Assembly (NCBI GenBank): GCA_002279285.1
Contig: NCBR01000001.1
Location: forward strand, 1 to 44,155
Source: Acidobacteria bacterium 37-71-11
Lineage (GTDB): Bacteria; Acidobacteriota; Thermoanaerobaculia; Thermoanaerobaculales; Thermoanaerobaculaceae
Direction: 5' to 3'
Length of the DNA: 44,155 nucleotides
Part shown: positions 39,616 to 44,155 of the stretch, one piece after another
How positions within the stretch are numbered: position 1 is the first letter of the stretch
Layout of the letters: each line of letters starts with the position of its first letter
Program-made: the position numbers and the translations under genes
Notes under the pieces: model-generated
Databases searched by the model: none
Told to the model about the DNA's origin: nothing
What the model saw: only the letters and a program-made list of their open reading frames with translations

Positions 39616-40845
39616 CTATTCCCACAGCAGGTCCAACGCCCGGGCCCGCGCCCGCAACCGCGCGTGGAGACCGGCAAGGGCGGTCCAGACCTCGTCCGCC
39701 ATCCGGCGGCCGGTGGGGTAGAGCCCCCAGGTCAGGCGCGCCGGCGCGCCGAAGTAGACCCCGTCCACGAACACGCTCGCGAGGGCCTCGCGACCGGCGA
39801 GCAGCGGAGGCAGCATCAGCCCGACTGACGACACTCCCGGCCCGACGTACGGCAGGTGCCCGAGGTCGCGCACCTTGAAGTTGCACTCCCGAGCCGCGCG
39901 GCTGAGCCGCTCCGAGCGAGTCCGGTCCGGCCTCGCGACGTCATCGAACGCGACGACCTCTTTGCTGTGCGGCCCGTACGCCGCCCCGGCCCTCGCAACC
40001 GTTTCGCTCCAACCCCGGCGGCGGGCGGCCGCGAGCGCCCGCGCCCACATCACGCCGAGGCCCAGCCCCGCGATCCGCTCCGGCGCCAGGCCGTCGCCCA
40101 CAAAGCGTCCCTGCCGGTCCGAGTTGCTGTCGAAGAACACCGACTGGGCGAGCCACTCCACCGGGTCGGAGACGATGAGGAACAGCCCTGCGAACGCCGC
40201 TCGTCGGGCCTCGGCGAGGAAGCCGCGCAGGATCGCGCGGTTGGGCGCCAGCTGGACCATGCGAACCTCGCCCCGGGTGCCGAGCGGCGGCACGCCGTCC
40301 GTCGCGGCGAACAGGAACGCGTCGCACCGCTCGAAGATCTCGCGGGGCCCGGCCGCCCGCACGAGGGGCAGCTCGCCCCGCCCCTGCCAGCGCGCGATCG
40401 AGCCCAGCTCGAGCAGCCAGCGCTGCTGGTTCGCCGCATCGACGTCATGGATCACCAGCTCGCGGATGCCCGACACGCGGCTCGGCGCCGCCGCAAGAAC
40501 CGTCGCGGCGACCCCGCCGACCCTGCCCAGGCCGGCGAGGCCGACCGAAAACCCGCGGGGGTCGGGCGGCGCGGCGAGCCTGGCCAGGTCACGCGCCACG
40601 CCCGGAGCTGCGGTCAGGTAGGTCCAGTGCGGCTGCCGCGCCGGCCCGTGTCTCAGCGTTTCGAGCCGGAGCGCCGGCCGGTACCACGGCGGCGCGACCC
40701 ACGGCTCGCGCCGCGGGTCCCCCTCGCGCGGCGAGAGAATCAACTCCGGGTCGGGCCGCGAGCGACGGCGCGTGCCCCAGCCAAGCCGCTCAGCGGTTGC
40801 AGGGTCGCCCACCAGGGCCGCGCGCCCCTGGCCGAACAGTCTCAC
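39616..40845 (-). CDS. Divergent LDH/MDH-like Rossmann-fold protein with ~105-aa N-terminal extension
   Basis: The GTG at 40845 overlaps the upstream stop as GTGA and is preceded by GGAGGGA. 409 aa. Motifs collinear with lactate/malate dehydrogenases are 'GLAGLGRVGGVAA', 'ELVIHDVD', 'GTRGEVRMVQLAPN', 'LIVSDPVE', 'GVMWARA' and 'YGPHSKEVV'. Confidence 0.6.
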   Translation of the reverse strand: MRLFGQGRAALVGDPATAERLGWGTRRRSRPDPELILSPREGDPRREPWVAPPWYRPALRLETLRHGPARQPHWTYLTAAPGVARDLARLAAPPDPRGFSVGLAGLGRVGGVAATVLAAAPSRVSGIRELVIHDVDAANQQRWLLELGSIARWQGRGELPLVRAAGPREIFERCDAFLFAATDGVPPLGTRGEVRMVQLAPNRAILRGFLAEARRAAFAGLFLIVSDPVEWLAQSVFFDSNSDRQGRFVGDGLAPERIAGLGLGVMWARALAAARRRGWSETVARAGAAYGPHSKEVVAFDDVARPDRTRSERLSRAARECNFKVRDLGHLPYVGPGVSSVGLMLPPLLAGREALASVFVDGVYFGAPARLTWGLYPTGRRMADEVWTALAGLHARLRARARALDLLWE

Positions 40846-43800
40846 CGCTCCCTCCAGCGTTCGCGGCCTGCGGCGTGCGTCTGGGGGTGCAACCGCGCCA
40901 GCGCCTCGATGTCCTCGGCGACCAGGTCGCTCGGGAAGCGGTCGCGCGGCGGCAGGAACCCTTGCGGCATCGGCGGGCACCGCGGCGTACGCACCACCGC
41001 ACCCAGGTCCTGCACCGCCAGCAGCCGTCCCTCGCGCTCGCGGAACGTCTCCTCGAGCGCCAGGAGAACGGCATGCGCATGGGCGAGCGCCAGGCGCGAA
41101 AAGTCGAACGCGTCGGAGCCCGAGAGCCCAAGGTGCCGCGGGTGGCGGTAGGGCAGGCAATCGTTGAGCGAGGGCAGCAGCGACCCGGTCTCCAGCGGGT
41201 CGCGCCCGACGATGCTCCATCCACCGACGTACGGGGCCGTCGCGCTCTCCCGCAGCACGCCGCGCCACCCCGGTACCACCGCGCCGCAGCGGTGCGGAAT
41301 CCCGCGCAGATCGAGCGTCGTCCGCACCGAGGCGTTGGTCACGCCGATCAACACCTCGCGCACGGGCAGGCCGGCCGCCTGCGCCGCATCGTTGACCTGA
41401 AGCACCGCTTCCGCGCTGTCGAGGAACGGCGCGAGCACAATGGCGTTGCGGCCAAGCTCGCGCGCAACCGCGAGCTGCAGCCCGAGGGAGGGGCTGCCGA
41501 CGCGGGGGGCGGTGCCCCCCTCCGAGCCCCGCCAGGTCAGGAGGCGCTCGAGGTCGATCGCGACGGTTGGGTACTCCCCGACGATGTCGCGCGAAAACTG
41601 CCGCCCGAGGCCGAGCGTCACCCAGCGGCGCCGGGCCGGCTGATCACCCAGGACCCCCTGCGCCCACTGCACGACCTGCCGCTTGAGCTGCTCCTCGTGC
41701 AGGTGGAGCAGTGCGTCGCCCGGAGCCAACGCCGCGAAGAACCCGGCGAGCGCCGCGCGGCCGGAGGCGAGCGCCCGCCGTACGGCGGGAGCGCCGGTGT
41801 ACGGGGGCTGCAGGACGTTCTCGATGTCCCAGAGCAGCACCAGCGGGTGCTCGAGGCGGAGGACGGCGAGGCCGCCGCCCGGCTGCGCGCCTCGCTGCGG
41901 GACGGCCGCCCCGAGAGGCCTAAGGGCGTCTGCGAGCGCCCCGCCGTCGCGCCCGTCGAGCGGCACCAGGGCGAAGAGCAGGCCCGCGTCGAGCCAGCGT
42001 CCGAGCACGTCGGAGAGCAACCGCTGCAGCGACCCGCCATCGCCCCCTGCCCCGGGGGGCCCGACGGTCTCGACGAGCGCCCCATCGCCGACCAGTCGCC
42101 CGTCGCTGACCGGCAGCGGACCTCCCCCTCCCGGGACGGTTGGCAACGAAGCCGCCGCGCCCGTGCGCCAACGGATCGAAGCGGCGGGGCCCTGCTCCGC
42201 GTCCGGGCTCTTCAGCTCGCACACCGTGACATCGTGGTGGCGGCCGGCGGCACGGCACTCGACACGGTCATCCGGAAGCGGCACCTGTTCCTTGTAGGCC
42301 GGGTAGTTGACGTAGAGCCGCCGCTCCAGCAGCGTCCGCGCGACGAGCGGGTGGCACAGCGCGTCCAGGTCGCCGCGGCGGTCGAGAGCGGCCCGCAACG
42401 CCGTCGAGGACACCGCCCGCACCTGGTCCGGTACCGGCACGACCGTGACCCCGCCGCGGAAGCCGCCGATCCTATCCCGCCAGCCCTCGGGGCCGGCCCC
42501 ATCCCGCACCACGACGAGGTGGGGGATCTCCCAGATCTCGCCTTCGGGCTTCGCATAGGCGCTGGCGCCGGACAGCACGTCGGAGCCGACGACGATCAGC
42601 AGCTCGCGCCGGCCGAACGCGCGCCGGAGCTGGCGCACGCCGGAAACCCGCCGCGCCAGGTTCACCGGCGGTCGGAACGGCGCCAGGTACGCGTCGGGCA
42701 TGTCGGCGAGCGCCATCCACGCGAGATCCTCCCGGAGCTGGCGCGGCAGCGCGTGCTTCCGCCACGAGTAGTCGTCCATCTGCACGACCGCTTCGGCGGC
42801 GTGCTCGAGAGCCCGGGCCACCACGGCCCGGTGCGCGCTCGTGAACGGGTCGAACGTGCCGGGGATGAACGCCACGGCGGGGCGCTCGGGGAAGCGCAGC
42901 GCCGGGTGCAACGATGCGATCGCGCGGTCGAGGCGGTTGAGTGCCGACCCGACGAGGAAGAAGCGCACCCGATCCCCGCCCCGGTGAGTGGTCAGCGTCA
43001 GGAGCTTCTTGCTCGCCAGGAGGAGGAACGCGCGCAGCCGACCGTCGTCGGGGCGCTCCGAGAGCCGCTCGAGCATCATCGCGATCTGCGCGAACCCCTC
43101 GACGGCCGTCGATGACCGCGACTCCGCGAGCGAGCCGAGCAGCATCCCGGTGAGACGCCGCAGCACCCCGCCCTGGAGGGTGGCGGCGTCGAGGGCGGTC
43201 AGGAGCCAGCCGGCGGTTTGCAGCAGGAGGCGCTGCAGCGGCTCGTTTCCCCGCCGCACGTTGCCCTCGATGTCGTCCAGCGCTTCGAGGAACTCCTGCT
43301 CGGGAAGACTCGCGAGCACCGAGGCGAGAAAGCGCGGGATGTAGCGCGTTACCGCCTCGACGTCGAGCTCCAGGGAGCGCAGCAGCTCGACCATGACGTC
43401 GTTGCGCTGCGGCACGGTCAGGAGGGGCAACAACGCCAGCAGGGAACGGCCGGCGTGGAACCGCGTGCCTTCGACGCGGCTCACCTTCAACAGGTTCGCG
43501 AAGTGCGAGGCGACCTCGTTGGCGAAGTACGAGCCGGGGTCGCGCTCCTCGGCGCGCCGCGCGACCGCGGAAAAGACGAGGAAGTCGCAGTTCACTTTCT
43601 TCTCGACCCAGTCCACGCGGCTCTTGAGGTTGCGCAGGAGGACCTCGCGAACGGGGTCGCGCCCCTCGAGCCTCAGCCTCCGGCTGAGCTCGGCAACGTG
43701 CGGCAGCGCGCACGCCTCGCCCATCTCCTCGAGCAGGAAGAGCTCGGCCACCAAGAAATCGCCGCCGCGATGACCGAGGGCCTCGACGCGACCGGCGAGG

Positions 43801-44132
43801 CCGGCGAGCGCCTCCGGCTGTCCGGCGGCGCCGCGCGCGAGCGCGAGCAGCAGCCGCCACGCCATCAACCGGGTCGCGGCGACCGGGTGCTCGCACCACG
43901 CCGCCGCGAACGCCACGAGGCCGGGCCGGTCCTCGACCGGAACGTGCTCCAAGCAAATCTCCAGCGACTCGCAGACATACAGGCCGACGAGCGGCCGGCC
44001 GTCGCGGAGGCGGCCCTCGAAGTTCGCCTTGACCCGCTCCCACGCCTGGCGTCGGAGGTCGGGCTCGGCGCGGCGGAGGAGGCGCCGCAGCACGATCGGC
44101 ACGGCGTACAGCACCCGCTCGGTCGCCGCCAT
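40842..44132 (-). CDS. Large multidomain protein with a central NadD/NMNAT/CitC-type nucleotidyltransferase domain
   Basis: 1096 aa. The composition is protein-like throughout and it is the longest frame. Residues ~418-600 carry 'AFIPGTFDPFTSAH' ((H/T)xGH-type motif) and 'VSSTALRAAL' (ISSTxxR-type motif) about 145 aa apart. The N-terminal ~410 aa are Leu/Ala/Arg-rich and helical. The C-terminal ~480 aa are unassigned. Confidence 0.7.
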   Translation of the reverse strand: MAATERVLYAVPIVLRRLLRRAEPDLRRQAWERVKANFEGRLRDGRPLVGLYVCESLEICLEHVPVEDRPGLVAFAAAWCEHPVAATRLMAWRLLLALARGAAGQPEALAGLAGRVEALGHRGGDFLVAELFLLEEMGEACALPHVAELSRRLRLEGRDPVREVLLRNLKSRVDWVEKKVNCDFLVFSAVARRAEERDPGSYFANEVASHFANLLKVSRVEGTRFHAGRSLLALLPLLTVPQRNDVMVELLRSLELDVEAVTRYIPRFLASVLASLPEQEFLEALDDIEGNVRRGNEPLQRLLLQTAGWLLTALDAATLQGGVLRRLTGMLLGSLAESRSSTAVEGFAQIAMMLERLSERPDDGRLRAFLLLASKKLLTLTTHRGGDRVRFFLVGSALNRLDRAIASLHPALRFPERPAVAFIPGTFDPFTSAHRAVVARALEHAAEAVVQMDDYSWRKHALPRQLREDLAWMALADMPDAYLAPFRPPVNLARRVSGVRQLRRAFGRRELLIVVGSDVLSGASAYAKPEGEIWEIPHLVVVRDGAGPEGWRDRIGGFRGGVTVVPVPDQVRAVSSTALRAALDRRGDLDALCHPLVARTLLERRLYVNYPAYKEQVPLPDDRVECRAAGRHHDVTVCELKSPDAEQGPAASIRWRTGAAASLPTVPGGGGPLPVSDGRLVGDGALVETVGPPGAGGDGGSLQRLLSDVLGRWLDAGLLFALVPLDGRDGGALADALRPLGAAVPQRGAQPGGGLAVLRLEHPLVLLWDIENVLQPPYTGAPAVRRALASGRAALAGFFAALAPGDALLHLHEEQLKRQVVQWAQGVLGDQPARRRWVTLGLGRQFSRDIVGEYPTVAIDLERLLTWRGSEGGTAPRVGSPSLGLQLAVARELGRNAIVLAPFLDSAEAVLQVNDAAQAAGLPVREVLIGVTNASVRTTLDLRGIPHRCGAVVPGWRGVLRESATAPYVGGWSIVGRDPLETGSLLPSLNDCLPYRHPRHLGLSGSDAFDFSRLALAHAHAVLLALEETFREREGRLLAVQDLGAVVRTPRCPPMPQGFLPPRDRFPSDLVAEDIEALARLHPQTHAAGRERWRER

Positions 44133-44155
44133 GTCCTCTTCGGGGTTCGCCTTCG

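Overview
High-G+C chromosomal segment, roughly two-thirds G+C by eye, from a diderm bacterium. The diderm call rests on KDO/LPS genes, a LolA-like carrier, type IV pilus ATPases and a MacAB-like efflux pair. Coding density is very high, with about 40 supportable CDS. Many are linked by 4-8 nt start/stop overlaps. Most are housekeeping: hppA (partial), trpS, alaS, recX, two pilT paralogs, purH, a polyprenyl synthase, kdsB-pyrG-kdsA, pepA and a nucleoside transporter. I found no rRNA, tRNA, CRISPR array, transposase or integrase. The many long Arg/Gly/Pro-rich ORFs in the track are antisense shadow ORFs, as expected at this G+C. Seven regions deserve a second look. (1) At 39616-44132, a 1096-aa protein with a NadD/CitC-type nucleotidyltransferase core is translationally coupled (GTGA overlap) to a divergent LDH/MDH-like Rossmann protein. 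(2) At 30265-32203, a ClpX paralog keeps its ATPase motifs but lacks the zinc finger and the GYVG, RKH and IGF loops; an ankyrin-repeat protein follows it. (3) At 29457-30264, an unusual ~0.8 kb apparently non-coding region lies just upstream of that pair. It contains a ~510 bp segment bracketed by ~39 nt imperfect inverted repeats. (4) At 32280-36384, a histidine kinase and a sigma-54 activator are followed by a near-consensus -24/-12 promoter, a rubrerythrin with a signal peptide, and a DUF2231 membrane protein. (5) The kinase in that module has an in-frame loss of the N and G1 boxes. (6) A small zinc metallopeptidase gene is frameshifted. (7) A low-G+C purine-arm/pyrimidine-arm intergenic element lies at 25738-25880. 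All functional calls come from motif recognition by eye; no database search was run.
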